64,000 nucleotides of DNA from Ramlibacter sp. 2FC (GCA_943369755.1 CALROG020000005.1:49689-113688), one strand, 5' to 3'; positions 45,508 through 55,511 are shown, counted from the stretch's first letter. The notes: generated from the letters alone by a model not told the origin. Program-made: numbers and translations.

Positions 45508-46791
45508 GTGCAAAACAGTTCAAACGATTATGTCATCCGGGTTTTGGCTTCGCCGCTTGAGGTGAATGCTGCCGACTGGAACGCCCTGCACGCGCTGCAA
45601 GCCCACGCCAGCCCCTTCATGCGCCACGAATACCTGGCCGCCTTGCACGAAAGCGGCTGCGCCACACCCGCCACCGGCTGGACGCCGCGCTTTGTCACAC
45701 TGTGGCGCGCCGACCAATTGCAGGCCGCCTGTGCGCTCTACCTGAAGGCGCATTCGTACGGCGAGTACGTGTTTGACTGGGCCTGGGCCAACGCCTATGA
45801 GCAGCATGGCCTGGCCTACTACCCCAAGGCCACAGTGGCGGCACCGTTCACTCCGGTGCCTGGCGCGCGGCTGCTGGCGCGTGACGCGCCCGCCCGTTCC
45901 GCACTGGTGCAAGCGCTGGTGAGCTGGTGCAGCGCCCAGGGTCTGTCGTCGCTACACCTGCTGTTTGCGGCACCAGACGATGTGGCCGCCTGTGAGAAAG
46001 CAGGGCTCATGCTGCGACACACAGTCCAGTTCCACTGGAAGAACATGGCCCCCGCGCTCGGCACTGGCGTGTCCTCGCTGCCCCCCGAGGGGGCGAGTTT
46101 CGCCGTGGGGCGGCCCGGCGGCGAAACCGGCTATCCCGATTTCGACGCCTTCCTCGCCACCTTGAGCCAGGACAAGCGCAAAAAAATCCGCCAGGAGCGG
46201 CGCAAGGTGGCCGACGCGGGTGTGTGCTTTCGACACGCGCAGGGTCGCGACATCACACCAGCAGACTGGGACTTTTTTTACCGCTGCTACGAACGCACCT
46301 ACCTGGAGCATGGCAATGCGCCCTACCTGACGCGCGACTTCTTCCGGCGCATGGCCGACACCATGCCCGAGGCCTGGCTGCTTTTCACGGCGGAGCGCGC
46401 GGGCCAGCCAGTTGCTACAAGTTTAATAGCGCTTCACGCAACACCCATGCGCTCTGGTGGCCAATTTGGCTTGAAAGCGCAGGAAAAAGTAGCCTACGGC
46501 CGCTACTGGGGTGCACTGGAGCGGGTAGACTGCCTGCACTTTGAGGCCTGCTACTACCAGCCATTGCAGTGGTGCATTGCGCAGGGCTACGACCGCTTTG
46601 AAGGCGGCGCCCAGGGCGAACACAAGATGGCCCGCGCACTCATGCCGGTGCGCACCACCAGTGCCCACTGGCTGGCTCACCCCGCCTTTGCCGACGCCGT
46701 GCAGCGCTTTTTGGAGCGTGAAGGCCAGGGCATCGAAAACTATGTCGAGCACCTGGCGCAGCGCAGCCCGTTCAGGCACGAACCCGCTTGA
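45508..46791 (+). CDS. GNAT/FemAB-like protein of unknown function (COG3146-like)
   Basis: GTG 45508 lies just beyond the divergent nadE start. WNALH...SPFMRHEYLAALHESGCA...GWTPRF and C-terminal FEGGAQGEHKMARA are as in this family (recollection). Contains one family-A and one family-B repeat in frame. Confidence 0.7.
   Translation: MQNSSNDYVIRVLASPLEVNAADWNALHALQAHASPFMRHEYLAALHESGCATPATGWTPRFVTLWRADQLQAACALYLKAHSYGEYVFDWAWANAYEQHGLAYYPKATVAAPFTPVPGARLLARDAPARSALVQALVSWCSAQGLSSLHLLFAAPDDVAACEKAGLMLRHTVQFHWKNMAPALGTGVSSLPPEGASFAVGRPGGETGYPDFDAFLATLSQDKRKKIRQERRKVADAGVCFRHAQGRDITPADWDFFYRCYERTYLEHGNAPYLTRDFFRRMADTMPEAWLLFTAERAGQPVATSLIALHATPMRSGGQFGLKAQEKVAYGRYWGALERVDCLHFEACYYQPLQWCIAQGYDRFEGGAQGEHKMARALMPVRTTSAHWLAHPAFADAVQRFLEREGQGIENYVEHLAQRSPFRHEPA
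46060..46130 (+). repeat. Family-B GC-rich repeat, copy 2 (in frame in the 45508-46791 ORF)
   Basis: ggcactggcgtgtccTCGCTGCCCCCCGAGGGGGCgagtttcgccgtGGGGCGGCCCGGCGGCGaaaccgg. Translated as GTGVSSLPPEGASFAVGRPGGETG. Confidence 0.85.
46412..46462 (+). repeat. Family-A interspersed repeat, copy 7 (divergent, in frame in the 45508-46791 ORF)
   Basis: ttGCTACaagTTTAATAGCGCTTcaCGCAacacccatGCGCTCTgGTGGCC. Translated as VATSLIALHATPMRSGG. Confidence 0.75.
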
Positions 46792-47005
46792 AGTTGCGCA
46801 CCTGCATTCCACCTGCAATGCCATCGGACGAGAACAAAGTTGTACGTCATGGCACAGCCCTCGGTAGTAACCAGTACCACGGCGGTCGCCAAGGAGACGA
46901 AAAGCAGGAGCCGCCCCTCTAAAACGGCATCTTCCCCTACAGTGAAAAAGCCCAAAGCTGCTACCGTGCGTGCAGGCAAAACAACAACGGGAAAGAAGCC
47001 CCCAC

Positions 47006-47809
47006 ATGCTCATGGCAACGCAGCGACCCAAGCCCCCACAACACGACCTCGCGCCACCCAACCTCGCGCTGCTGGCGCTTGAATTCCGCGCCCCCTGGGA
47101 GTTTGGTGCCCTGCTGCCAGCCTGGCCGATGCTGCAACGCGCGCCGGCCGGTGACGGCCACAGCGTGATGGTGTTCCCGGGTCTGAGCGCAAGTGACGCC
47201 TCCACCGTGCCGCTGCGCCGCTACCTCGATTCAATTGGGCATGACACCCACGGCTGGCGCCAAGGCTTCAACTTTGGCCCGCGCGCTGGCGTGCTGGACG
47301 CGGCCAAACGCGACATCAGCGAGCGCTGCGACGCGACCGGGCGCAAGGTCAGCCTGATCGGCTGGAGCCTGGGCGGCGTCTACGCACGCGAGCTTGCCAA
47401 AGAAATGCCGGAGTCAGTGCGCTGCGTCATCACACTGGGCACGCCCTTCGCCGGCCCGCCGAAGTCCACCAATGCCTGGCGCATTTACGAGCTGACCAGC
47501 GGACGCAACATCCACCGTGAGGCCGAGCGGTTTGAGCTGCACGAAGCGCCACCCGTGCCCACCACCAGCGTGTTTTCGCGCACCGACGGCATCGTGGCCT
47601 GGCAAGGCAGCATTCAGCAGGAATCAAAGCACAACCCGCACACCGAAAACATTGAAGTGGTGGCCAGCCACATCGGCATTGGCCTGAACCCCAGCTCCTG
47701 GTGGGCCGTGGCCGACCGGCTGGGCCAGCCCGAGGGCCAGTGGCGGCCGTTTGACCGCCAGGGGCTGCGCGGGTTGAAAGGGCTGATCTACCCCGACCCG
47801 CACCGCTGA
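47006..47809 (+). CDS. Alpha/beta-fold hydrolase
   Basis: Nucleophile elbow IGWSLGG, about 265 aa. The start is uncertain (ATG 47006/47012 or GTG 46970). Confidence 0.75.
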   Translation: MLMATQRPKPPQHDLAPPNLALLALEFRAPWEFGALLPAWPMLQRAPAGDGHSVMVFPGLSASDASTVPLRRYLDSIGHDTHGWRQGFNFGPRAGVLDAAKRDISERCDATGRKVSLIGWSLGGVYARELAKEMPESVRCVITLGTPFAGPPKSTNAWRIYELTSGRNIHREAERFELHEAPPVPTTSVFSRTDGIVAWQGSIQQESKHNPHTENIEVVASHIGIGLNPSSWWAVADRLGQPEGQWRPFDRQGLRGLKGLIYPDPHR

Positions 47810-47857
47810 GGCACACACTTTTGGGTATATTGTCGCCAGCCCACCCTGGAGACACCC

Positions 47858-48316
47858 ATGGACCGCGCTGCTGGCGACCCCGCCGATCTCTACAGCCTGC
47901 TCTATTGCAGCCGCGCCACCGCCCTGATGACGCCGGAAGAGTTGCCGCACATCATGGGCAGCGCCTGGCGCCACAACCGACCCATGGCCGTCACCGGCCT
48001 GTTGGTTCTGGGCGGCGGCCTGTTCTTGCAATGGCTGGAAGGGCCGCGCGCCAATGTGCGCGAACTCATGGGGCGGCTGCTGAAAGACCCCCGGCACGAT
48101 TGCCTGACCGAGCTGCACGCCTACGCACATGCACCGGGTACAACGCGCCTCTATCCGTCCTGGAGCATGCAGTACGTCAGCCCGATGGAGATTCTGGGCG
48201 TGCTCGAACAAGAGCGGCGCAAGTCGCCGCACCAGAGTCATGCGCACGCGATCAACCTGCTGATGGATCTTCTGCAGGCCGGTAGCGGGCCGCTGGCCGG
48301 GCTGCGTCAGGCCTGA
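47858..48316 (+). CDS. Short BLUF-domain blue-light FAD sensor protein
   Basis: LYSLLYCSRA...MTPEELPHIMGSAWRHNRPMAVTGLLVLGGGLFLQWLEG has the BLUF Tyr, Gln and Trp/Met landmarks. 152 aa with no output domain. Confidence 0.85.
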   Translation: MDRAAGDPADLYSLLYCSRATALMTPEELPHIMGSAWRHNRPMAVTGLLVLGGGLFLQWLEGPRANVRELMGRLLKDPRHDCLTELHAYAHAPGTTRLYPSWSMQYVSPMEILGVLEQERRKSPHQSHAHAINLLMDLLQAGSGPLAGLRQA

Positions 48317-48336
48317 CGCATCGTCCGCTCGCCCCC

Positions 48337-48876
48337 TCAGGCCGGGTTGGCCTTGGTGTAGTTGGCAATGCCGTCCAGGATTTCTTTCTTGGCGGCCTCG
48401 GGGCCTTCCCAGCCCAGAATCTTGACCCACTTGCCTTCTTCGAGATCTTTGTAGTGCTCAAAAAAGTGCGCAATGGTCTTCAGTCGCACCGGGTTCAGGT
48501 CTTCAGGCTTTTGCCATTGGGTGTAAATGCCCAGAATCTTGTCGGTGGGAACAGCCAGAACCTTGCCGTCTTCACCGGCCTCATCTTCCATTTTCAGGAT
48601 GCCAATAGGCCGGCAAGTCACTACCACGCCAGGAATCAGCGGCACCGGCGTGATGACCAGCACGTCAACCGGATCGCCGTCACCGCTGATGGTCTTGGGC
48701 ACATAGCCGTAATTGGTGGGGTAGTGCATGGACGTGCTCATGAAGCGGTCCACAAAAATCGCGCCGGACTCTTTGTCCACTTCGTACTTCACCGGGTCGG
48801 CGTTCATCGGGATTTCGATGATCACGTTGAACGAGTCAGGAACATTCTTGCCGGGGGAAACTTTGTCTAGTGCCAT
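48337..48876 (-). CDS. ppa: Soluble inorganic pyrophosphatase (family I)
   Basis: 179 aa with [11 protein letters not shown] and DGDPVDVLV. Confidence 0.95.
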   Translation of the reverse strand: MALDKVSPGKNVPDSFNVIIEIPMNADPVKYEVDKESGAIFVDRFMSTSMHYPTNYGYVPKTISGDGDPVDVLVITPVPLIPGVVVTCRPIGILKMEDEAGEDGKVLAVPTDKILGIYTQWQKPEDLNPVRLKTIAHFFEHYKDLEEGKWVKILGWEGPEAAKKEILDGIANYTKANPA

Positions 48877-49103
48877 GGTTTTTTCTGCGGGAAACTAAGG
48901 AGAAGGGAATATCAGGATTAACCCTGATTTTACTTTCGCCAGCCTTGCTTTGCGTGTGATGGCCACGGAAACGTCACGGTTTGCGCTTATATTCCGCCCG
49001 TTGGCCAATCGTCTCCGCCAGTTGGGAGCGACGAGGAAGCAACGCAGCGGGGGTACCGCTTGCGTGGCACCCCCTCCAAGCGAAACAACGTAGGAGATTA
49101 AAC

Positions 49104-51200
49104 ATGACAGGCAACTCAGCGCTGATTCTGGCGCTCGTCTGCGGGCTTATTGCTGTTGCATACGGCATTTGGGCACGCGGCTGGATTCTTTCCCAGGACG
49201 CAGGCAACCCCCGCATGCAAGAAATTGCGGCGGCCATTCAGGCCGGCGCAGCCGCCTACCTGGCACGGCAATACAAAACCATTGCCATCGTTGGCGTGGT
49301 GTTGGCCGTGCTGATCGGGCTGTTCCTTGACGTCAAGACATCGATCGGCTTTGTGATTGGCGCGGTGCTCTCGGGTGCTTGCGGCTTCATTGGCATGAAC
49401 GTCTCGGTACGTGCCAACGTACGCACCGCGCAGGCCGCCACCCGCGGCATTGGCCCGGCACTGGATGTGGCCTTTCGCGGCGGTGCCATCACCGGCATGC
49501 TGGTGGTGGGACTGGGCCTTTTGGGCGTTGCCGGTTTTTACTGGTACCTCACGGCCGGTGGCATTCCGGCCGACGGCAAGGCTTTTGCCACGCTGCTCAA
49601 CCCCTTGATCGGCTTTGCCTTCGGTTCGTCGCTGATCTCGATCTTTGCCCGCCTGGGCGGCGGCATCTTCACCAAGGGTGCTGACGTCGGCGCTGACCTG
49701 GTGGGCAAGGTGGAGGCCGGCATCCCCGAAGACGACCCGCGCAACCCCGCGGTGATCGCCGACAACGTGGGCGACAACGTGGGCGACTGCGCCGGTATGG
49801 CCGCCGACCTGTTTGAAACCTACGCCGTGACGCTGATCGCCACCATGGTGCTGGGCGCGTTGCTTGTGGCTGCGGCCCCGGTCAATGCGGTGCTGTACCC
49901 GCTGGCGCTGGGCGCGGTGTCCATCGTTGCGTCCATCATCGGTTGCTTCTTCGTCAAGGCCTCGCCCGGCATGAAGAACGTGATGCCGGCCCTGTACAAG
50001 GGCCTGGCGGTGGCCGGTGTGCTGTCGCTGATCGCGTTTTACTTCGTGACCCAAAGCCTGTTCCCGGCCCCGATCAAGCTCGAAGGTGGCGTGATTCTGT
50101 CCAGCACCAACCTGTTTGGTGCCTGCTTTGTCGGCCTGGCCCTGACCGCAGCACTGGTGTGGATCACCGAGTTCTATACCGGCACCCAGTACTCACCGGT
50201 GCGCCACATCGCACAAGCCTCCACCACGGGCCATGGCACCAACATCATTGCGGGCCTGGGCGTGTCGATGCGCTCCACCGCCTGGCCGGTGGTGTTTGTG
50301 TGTATCGCGATCATGGCCTCGTTCAAGCTGGCTGGCCTGTACGGCATTGCCATCGCCGCCACTTCCATGCTGAGCATGGCCGGTATCGTGGTGGCACTTG
50401 ACGCCTACGGCCCCATCACCGACAACGCCGGTGGCATTGCTGAAATGGCCGAACTGCCCGCCAGCGTGCGCGACGTGACCGACCCGCTGGACGCAGTGGG
50501 TAACACCACCAAGGCCGTCACCAAAGGCTACGCCATTGGCTCGGCGGGCCTGGCCGCACTGGTGCTGTTTGCCGACTACACCCACAAGCTGGAAACTTAC
50601 GGCAAGGCCATCAGCTTTGACCTGAGCGACCCGATGGTGATCGTGGGCCTGTTCATTGGCGGCTTGATCCCCTACCTGTTCGGTGCCATGGCCATGGAGG
50701 CCGTGGGCCGCGCCGCCGGTGCCGTGGTGGTTGAAGTGCGCCGCCAGTTCCGCGAGATCAAGGGCATCATGGAAGGCACGGCCAAGCCTGAATACGGCAA
50801 GGCCGTAGACATGCTGACCACAGCCGCCATCAAGGAAATGATCGTGCCGTCGCTGCTGCCGGTGGTGGTGCCAATTGTTGTGGGCCTGGTACTTGGCCCC
50901 AAGGCGCTGGGTGGTTTGCTGATGGGCACCATCGTCACCGGCCTGTTCGTGGCCATTTCGATGTGTACCGGTGGCGGTGCCTGGGACAACGCCAAGAAGC
51001 TGATTGAAGACGACTTTGTCGACAAAGACGGCGTGACCCACAAAAAGGGCGGCGAAACCCACAAGGCCGCCGTCACCGGCGACACCGTGGGCGACCCCTA
51101 CAAGGACACTGCCGGCCCGGCCATCAACCCGCTGATCAAGATCATCAACATTGTGGCGCTGCTGATCGTGCCGCTGGTGGTGAAGTTCCACGGCGGCTGA
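49104..51200 (+). CDS. hppA: Membrane H(+)-translocating pyrophosphatase, K(+)-independent type
   Basis: ATG 49104 after [47 protein letters not shown] and GNTTKA (Lys form). Confidence 0.95.
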   Translation: MTGNSALILALVCGLIAVAYGIWARGWILSQDAGNPRMQEIAAAIQAGAAAYLARQYKTIAIVGVVLAVLIGLFLDVKTSIGFVIGAVLSGACGFIGMNVSVRANVRTAQAATRGIGPALDVAFRGGAITGMLVVGLGLLGVAGFYWYLTAGGIPADGKAFATLLNPLIGFAFGSSLISIFARLGGGIFTKGADVGADLVGKVEAGIPEDDPRNPAVIADNVGDNVGDCAGMAADLFETYAVTLIATMVLGALLVAAAPVNAVLYPLALGAVSIVASIIGCFFVKASPGMKNVMPALYKGLAVAGVLSLIAFYFVTQSLFPAPIKLEGGVILSSTNLFGACFVGLALTAALVWITEFYTGTQYSPVRHIAQASTTGHGTNIIAGLGVSMRSTAWPVVFVCIAIMASFKLAGLYGIAIAATSMLSMAGIVVALDAYGPITDNAGGIAEMAELPASVRDVTDPLDAVGNTTKAVTKGYAIGSAGLAALVLFADYTHKLETYGKAISFDLSDPMVIVGLFIGGLIPYLFGAMAMEAVGRAAGAVVVEVRRQFREIKGIMEGTAKPEYGKAVDMLTTAAIKEMIVPSLLPVVVPIVVGLVLGPKALGGLLMGTIVTGLFVAISMCTGGGAWDNAKKLIEDDFVDKDGVTHKKGGETHKAAVTGDTVGDPYKDTAGPAINPLIKIINIVALLIVPLVVKFHGG

Positions 51201-51218
51201 TTTCCCTGCTCCCAAATG

Positions 51219-51250
51219 CAAAAGGCCCGCAGTTGCGGGCCTTTTGCTTT
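51219..51250. terminator. Bidirectional-looking rho-independent terminator between hppA and the convergent acyl-CoA ligase gene
   Basis: caAAAGGCCCGCagttGCGGGCCTTTTgctttg. Confidence 0.85.
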
Positions 51251-51300
51251 GCTACACTTTTTATAGTGGCTAACGCAGCCCCTATGCGGGCTGCAGCCTG
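51249..51300 (+). repeat. Family-A interspersed repeat, copy 8 (intergenic)
   Basis: ttGCTACacTTTTTATAGTGGCTaaCGCAgcccctatGCGGGCTgCAGCCtg. Confidence 0.9.
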
Positions 51301-51302
51301 TT

Positions 51303-52982
51303 TTATGCCCAAACCACCGGGCCTTTGGCGGCGTACCACTTCTCGGTTTGCTCGCCTACCACTGCCTCAATCTTGTTGCGCTTGATCTTCATGGTGGGCG
51401 TCAGGCAGCCGTTTTCAATCGACCAGGGCTCACGCGCCACCACGATCATGCGCAGTTGCTCGTAGTCGGGTACCCGGGCGTTAACGCGCTTGAGCACGGC
51501 GGCCAGTTCAGCCTCAAACTCGGCCTTGAATGCCGCGTCAGCCAGCTTCGGGCGCACGCCCTCGGCGGGCACCACGATGGCATAGGCGGCCTGTTGGCCG
51601 ACCCCGGAAACCAGTGACAGCTCGACCATGGGGCACTCGTTGATCATGTTTTCGATCGGTGCGGGGGCCACGTACTTGCCCTTGCCGGTCTTGAACAGTT
51701 CTTTTTTGCGCCCGGTCAACTTGAGCTGGCCGCCTGCGCCGATTTCGCCCAGGTCGCCCGTGCGAAAGAAGCCGTCGGCAGTGAAAGACTCGGCGTCCAG
51801 GTCGGGCCGCTTGTAGTAGCCCACCAGCGTGCCAAGCGACTTGATCAGCACTTCACCGTCTTCCTCGAGCCGACGCTCCACGCCGGGGAACGGAATACCC
51901 ACGTAGCCCGGGTCTTTCAGCACCTTGGTGGTGGTATGTGAGAAGGCAAAGTCTTCGGTCATGCCGTAGCCTTCGACCAGATGCAGCCCAAGGCGGCGAT
52001 ACCAGGCAATCAGCGCGGGCGGAATCGGTGCAGAGCCGCTGCCGGCCTGGATCACTTCATTCAGCCCCAGCTTGGTCAGCACCTTTTTGGCAACGATCTT
52101 GCCCAGAATCGGGATTGACAGCAGCCGGTCCAGCTTCTTTTGCGGCATGTTGGCAAACACGCCCTGCTGGAACTTGAGCCAAAGCCGGGGCACCGAAATG
52201 AACACGGTGGGCCGCGCACGCTGCATGTCTTGCACAAAGGTGTCGAGCGACTCGGCAAAGAAAATATGGCCGCGACCCAATACCAGGCCCGCACATTCCA
52301 CCCAGGCGCGCTCAAAAATATGCGCCAGCGGCAAATACGACAGCACGCGGTAGGTAAAGCCCTGGCCCAGCTCCTTTTCCTGGTAGGCCACGATGCCTTC
52401 GCTGGCCCGACTGGCGCGCTCGAAACTGTGCATCACGCCCTTGGGCGTGCCAGTCGAACCCGATGTGTACATCAGCAATGCAATGTCTTTGCCGTCGCGC
52501 GCAGGCTTGCCCGCCAGCGGTTCGGACTTGGCAACGATGCTGTCCCAGGTTTCGTAGCTGTTCTTGGGCGACAGGGGCAGCGCAATGCAAGGCAGCCCTG
52601 GCGGAATGCCACCGACTTGCTGGTCAAAGGTGTCGAGCTTTCCAACAAACAGCAGGCTTGCACCGCTGTGCTCCAGCACGTACTTGACGGTGTCAGCCGA
52701 CTCGGTGGGGAAAATCGCCACCGTGGTGCCACCTGCCATCCAGATCGCCAGCTCGGTCATCATGAAATGCGCGGTGTTCTTGGACAGAATTGCAATCCGC
52801 GCGCCGGGCTCGAAGCCGCGGCCCTTGAGGTGCGTGGCCATGCGACGGGCCTGGTCCATCATCTGGCCCCAGGTGTAGTCCACCACCATGCCGCCGCCTA
52901 TTGGCTGGGTCAGGTAGATTTGATCGGCACGCGCGGCTTCGTGTTCGTATACGTAGTCAAGAATCAGTTTCTGGCTGGGCAT
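51303..52982 (-). CDS. AMP-dependent acyl-CoA synthetase (long-chain fatty-acid-CoA ligase-like)
   Basis: 559 aa with AMP-binding motif LMYTSGSTGTPKGV, plus GYGMTE and TGDLG motifs. Confidence 0.9.
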   Translation of the reverse strand: MPSQKLILDYVYEHEAARADQIYLTQPIGGGMVVDYTWGQMMDQARRMATHLKGRGFEPGARIAILSKNTAHFMMTELAIWMAGGTTVAIFPTESADTVKYVLEHSGASLLFVGKLDTFDQQVGGIPPGLPCIALPLSPKNSYETWDSIVAKSEPLAGKPARDGKDIALLMYTSGSTGTPKGVMHSFERASRASEGIVAYQEKELGQGFTYRVLSYLPLAHIFERAWVECAGLVLGRGHIFFAESLDTFVQDMQRARPTVFISVPRLWLKFQQGVFANMPQKKLDRLLSIPILGKIVAKKVLTKLGLNEVIQAGSGSAPIPPALIAWYRRLGLHLVEGYGMTEDFAFSHTTTKVLKDPGYVGIPFPGVERRLEEDGEVLIKSLGTLVGYYKRPDLDAESFTADGFFRTGDLGEIGAGGQLKLTGRKKELFKTGKGKYVAPAPIENMINECPMVELSLVSGVGQQAAYAIVVPAEGVRPKLADAAFKAEFEAELAAVLKRVNARVPDYEQLRMIVVAREPWSIENGCLTPTMKIKRNKIEAVVGEQTEKWYAAKGPVVWA

Positions 52983-53150
52983 GGATTTATTCCTTGGGGT
53001 TAAACGGACGTACGAAGCCAGAGGCCGCGTCCTGCCCGCAGGCTAAGGCCTGTCGTTGCCCAAGACAACCGGGGAAATGCTCATCGCTTTTTGAGGTGTG
53101 TCCCTAAAAAGACAGGCCTGTTCGGCTATCGGGTTTTCCCCGCCACAGCC

Positions 53151-53729
53151 TCAGCGGGCGGCGGTGGCGGCGCGCACCAGCGCACTGGCCGGGCTGACCA
53201 ACGCACTCAAGTCGCCTGCCCGATCGGACTCAATGGCCTGCAACACCAGCTCGTGAATGCCCCCCACCACGGCCATGGCCATCTCGGGGCTGATTTGCTG
53301 CGCCCCTGCGGCATTGACCACTCCCAGCATGAAGGCGGCGATCTCCTGATTCATGCGCCGCCGCGCCGCCAGACCGGGTGCGCCCAAGCCGAGTATTTCA
53401 ATAAACAAGGTTCGCAACAGCACCGGGTCGAGCGCCAGGCAGCCAAGGTAAGCGGTCATGGCCTGCTCCACCTGGGTCTGCCAGCTGCGCTGGGGGTCGA
53501 TGGCGCTGCGCAAAACCTTCAGCGCGTTGTGGCTGGCCGCCTCATACAAGGCAATCAGGCAGTCAGCCTTGGTGCCGAAGTGCTCGTAAAAGGTACGACG
53601 CGACACCGCTGCCTCACGCACGATGTCGGCAATGGTGGTCTCGGCGTAACCCTTGGCGGCCACGGCACGGCACATGCCGTCCAGCAAGCGGTGGCGGTGG
53701 TCGGGGACTTCGGTATCGGGGGCGACCAT
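53151..53729 (-). CDS. TetR-family transcriptional regulator
   Basis: ATG 53729. HTH ETTIADIVREAAVSRRTFYEHFGTK. Confidence 0.85.
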   Translation of the reverse strand: MVAPDTEVPDHRHRLLDGMCRAVAAKGYAETTIADIVREAAVSRRTFYEHFGTKADCLIALYEAASHNALKVLRSAIDPQRSWQTQVEQAMTAYLGCLALDPVLLRTLFIEILGLGAPGLAARRRMNQEIAAFMLGVVNAAGAQQISPEMAMAVVGGIHELVLQAIESDRAGDLSALVSPASALVRAATAAR

Positions 53730-53765
53730 GGTGCGATTTTGGGGTGCCTGTGCTGAATCAGTCGG

Positions 53766-53827
53766 TTGGTACTTGACAGTACCAAGCATACACTTCAGCA
53801 TTCACGCCATCGGTACCGATGCGTACC
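53766..53827. promoter_or_regulatory. Candidate TetR operators sharing the half-site GTACCAA
   Basis: Perfect palindrome TTGGTACT-tgac-AGTACCAA (53766-53785) and GGTAC-N6-GTACCAA (53812-53829), in the divergent TetR/hydrolase intergenic region. Confidence 0.45.
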
Positions 53828-53846
53828 AAACTCCTGGAAGTCCGCC

Positions 53847-54665
53847 ATGTCTGATCTCGTTGTGCGCCGGTTGCTGATTGACCTTGAGGCCCCGTTCGAG
53901 CGCCACTGGTGCGGGGGCGACGCGTTTCGCAGTGCGCTGTTCAACGCCCTGTCGATGAGTTTTCCGGTGGGCGAGCAATTTTTTATTGATTCTGTGCGCA
54001 ACGGTCACAAGGCCCTGCCGGTCGAGCTCCAGGAGAAATTCAAGGCCGAAGTCCAGGGCTTCATTGGCCAGGAGGCCACCCATCGGCGCATTCACGCGCT
54101 GTTCAACGGTCATTTGGAAAAGCAAGGCCTGGTGAATGACTGGGAGCCGCGAGCCCGCGAACGAATGAAGATGATGGACGGGCTGGACCCGCGCCATCAC
54201 CTGGGCGTGACCGCTGCCAATGAGCACTTCACCGCCATCCTGGCCGACTGGATGCTGGCCAACCCGGACCTGATGGCCACCCGCGACGAGCGCCTGCGCA
54301 CGCTGTGGCTGTGGCACAGCGCCGAAGAATCCGAACACAAGAGCACCGCGTTTGACCTGTATCAGGCGCTGGGTGGCAGCCACGAATGGCGAATTACCTG
54401 GTTCAGGCGCATCACCACGGTGTTCCTGATTGACACCCTGCGCCAGACCGTCAACAACTTGCGCCGCGACGGCACGCTGTGGCAGTGGCGAACCTGGCGC
54501 AGCGCCGCCAGCTACCTGTTCGGCACACGGGGCCTGGTTCGCCTGACTTACAAGCCCTGGCGCGAATACAAGCGAGTTGATTTTCATCCGCGCCAGCTTG
54601 AAAGCGATTTGTCCACGCGCTGGCTCGCCGACAACCGCGAGCGCTATACGCCGGTGGGTGCCTGA
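53847..54665 (+). CDS. Predicted metal-dependent hydrolase family protein (PF10118-like)
   Basis: ATG 53847. ...ALSMSFPVGEQFFIDSV...FIGQEATHRRIH...WLWHSAEESEHKSTAFDLY histidine/glutamate-rich helices as in this family (recollection). Confidence 0.65.
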   Translation: MSDLVVRRLLIDLEAPFERHWCGGDAFRSALFNALSMSFPVGEQFFIDSVRNGHKALPVELQEKFKAEVQGFIGQEATHRRIHALFNGHLEKQGLVNDWEPRARERMKMMDGLDPRHHLGVTAANEHFTAILADWMLANPDLMATRDERLRTLWLWHSAEESEHKSTAFDLYQALGGSHEWRITWFRRITTVFLIDTLRQTVNNLRRDGTLWQWRTWRSAASYLFGTRGLVRLTYKPWREYKRVDFHPRQLESDLSTRWLADNRERYTPVGA

Positions 54666-54678
54666 ACGGGTTGGCCGG

Positions 54679-55413
54679 TCATTGCGCCGGCCCGGCAATC
54701 TGCTGCAAGCTGGCCAGGTCCACAATTTCCAGCCCGCCGCGGTTCAAGCGCAGCACGCCACGCGCCTCCAGCGCCTTCAGGTTCTGGTTGATGGTCTGGC
54801 GCGACACCGCCAGCATCATGGCCAACTGCTCCTGAGACACCGCAATGGCGCGCCGGTGCACACCCGGGTGTGCGTCGCGCCGCGCGCCATAGCCGTCGGC
54901 CATCAGTACCAGCCGACGTGCCAGACGCTGCGCCACCGGCAGTGAGCCCGCCTCTTCCAGCGCCACAAACGCCAGCCGCAGCTTGTGGCTCATCAACAGC
55001 CCCAACTCACGCCAGCGCGTGGGTTCATCGGCCAGCAGTTGCGCCAATGCCGGCTGCGCCACCTGCAACAAGGTGGTGGCACCTTCAGCATAGGCATCAT
55101 GGGTGCGCGGCGCACCGTCAAACAGCGAGACTTCACCAAACCAGTGGGGCGGCTCCAGCAACGTCAGCAGCACTTCGTGGCTGTTCTGGCTGGCACCGCC
55201 AGTGCCCGAAATACGCACCGCGCCTTCGAGCACAGCGTACAGGCCGCAAGGGGCATCACCACGGTGAAACAAGGCTTCACCCGGTGCCAGCCGACGCACC
55301 CGCGCCGCCGCCAGCAGCCCATCGCGCAGCCGCGATGACAAGCCCGCAAACCATGCACCCGCCTCCAGCAGCCTGAGCCAGTGAGCAGGGTTGGTTGCGG
55401 GTTGGTGATGCAT
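54679..55413 (-). CDS. Crp/Fnr-family transcriptional regulator
   Basis: ATG 55413. cNMP-binding domain (FHRGDAPCGLYAVLEGAVRI) and HTH VSQEQLAMMLAVSRQTINQNLKALE. No FNR-type Cys cluster. Confidence 0.85.
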   Translation of the reverse strand: MHHQPATNPAHWLRLLEAGAWFAGLSSRLRDGLLAAARVRRLAPGEALFHRGDAPCGLYAVLEGAVRISGTGGASQNSHEVLLTLLEPPHWFGEVSLFDGAPRTHDAYAEGATTLLQVAQPALAQLLADEPTRWRELGLLMSHKLRLAFVALEEAGSLPVAQRLARRLVLMADGYGARRDAHPGVHRRAIAVSQEQLAMMLAVSRQTINQNLKALEARGVLRLNRGGLEIVDLASLQQIAGPAQ

Positions 55414-55511
55414 GAAAAGCAGTGCAGACTTGCAGTTGTGTCGGCCACCCGACAGACTGGCCGGGCGCACAGCCCGAGAATTCTGTGCACGCGATCAAAA
55501 AGGAGCCGCCC

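Noticed and set aside
55479-55494. TGTGC-N6-TCAAA upstream of the DUF962 gene, as a Crp/Fnr box for the divergent regulator
   Set aside because: Only a partial match to TGTGA-N6-TCACA or TTGAT-N4-ATCAA. Too weak to call from a single sequence.
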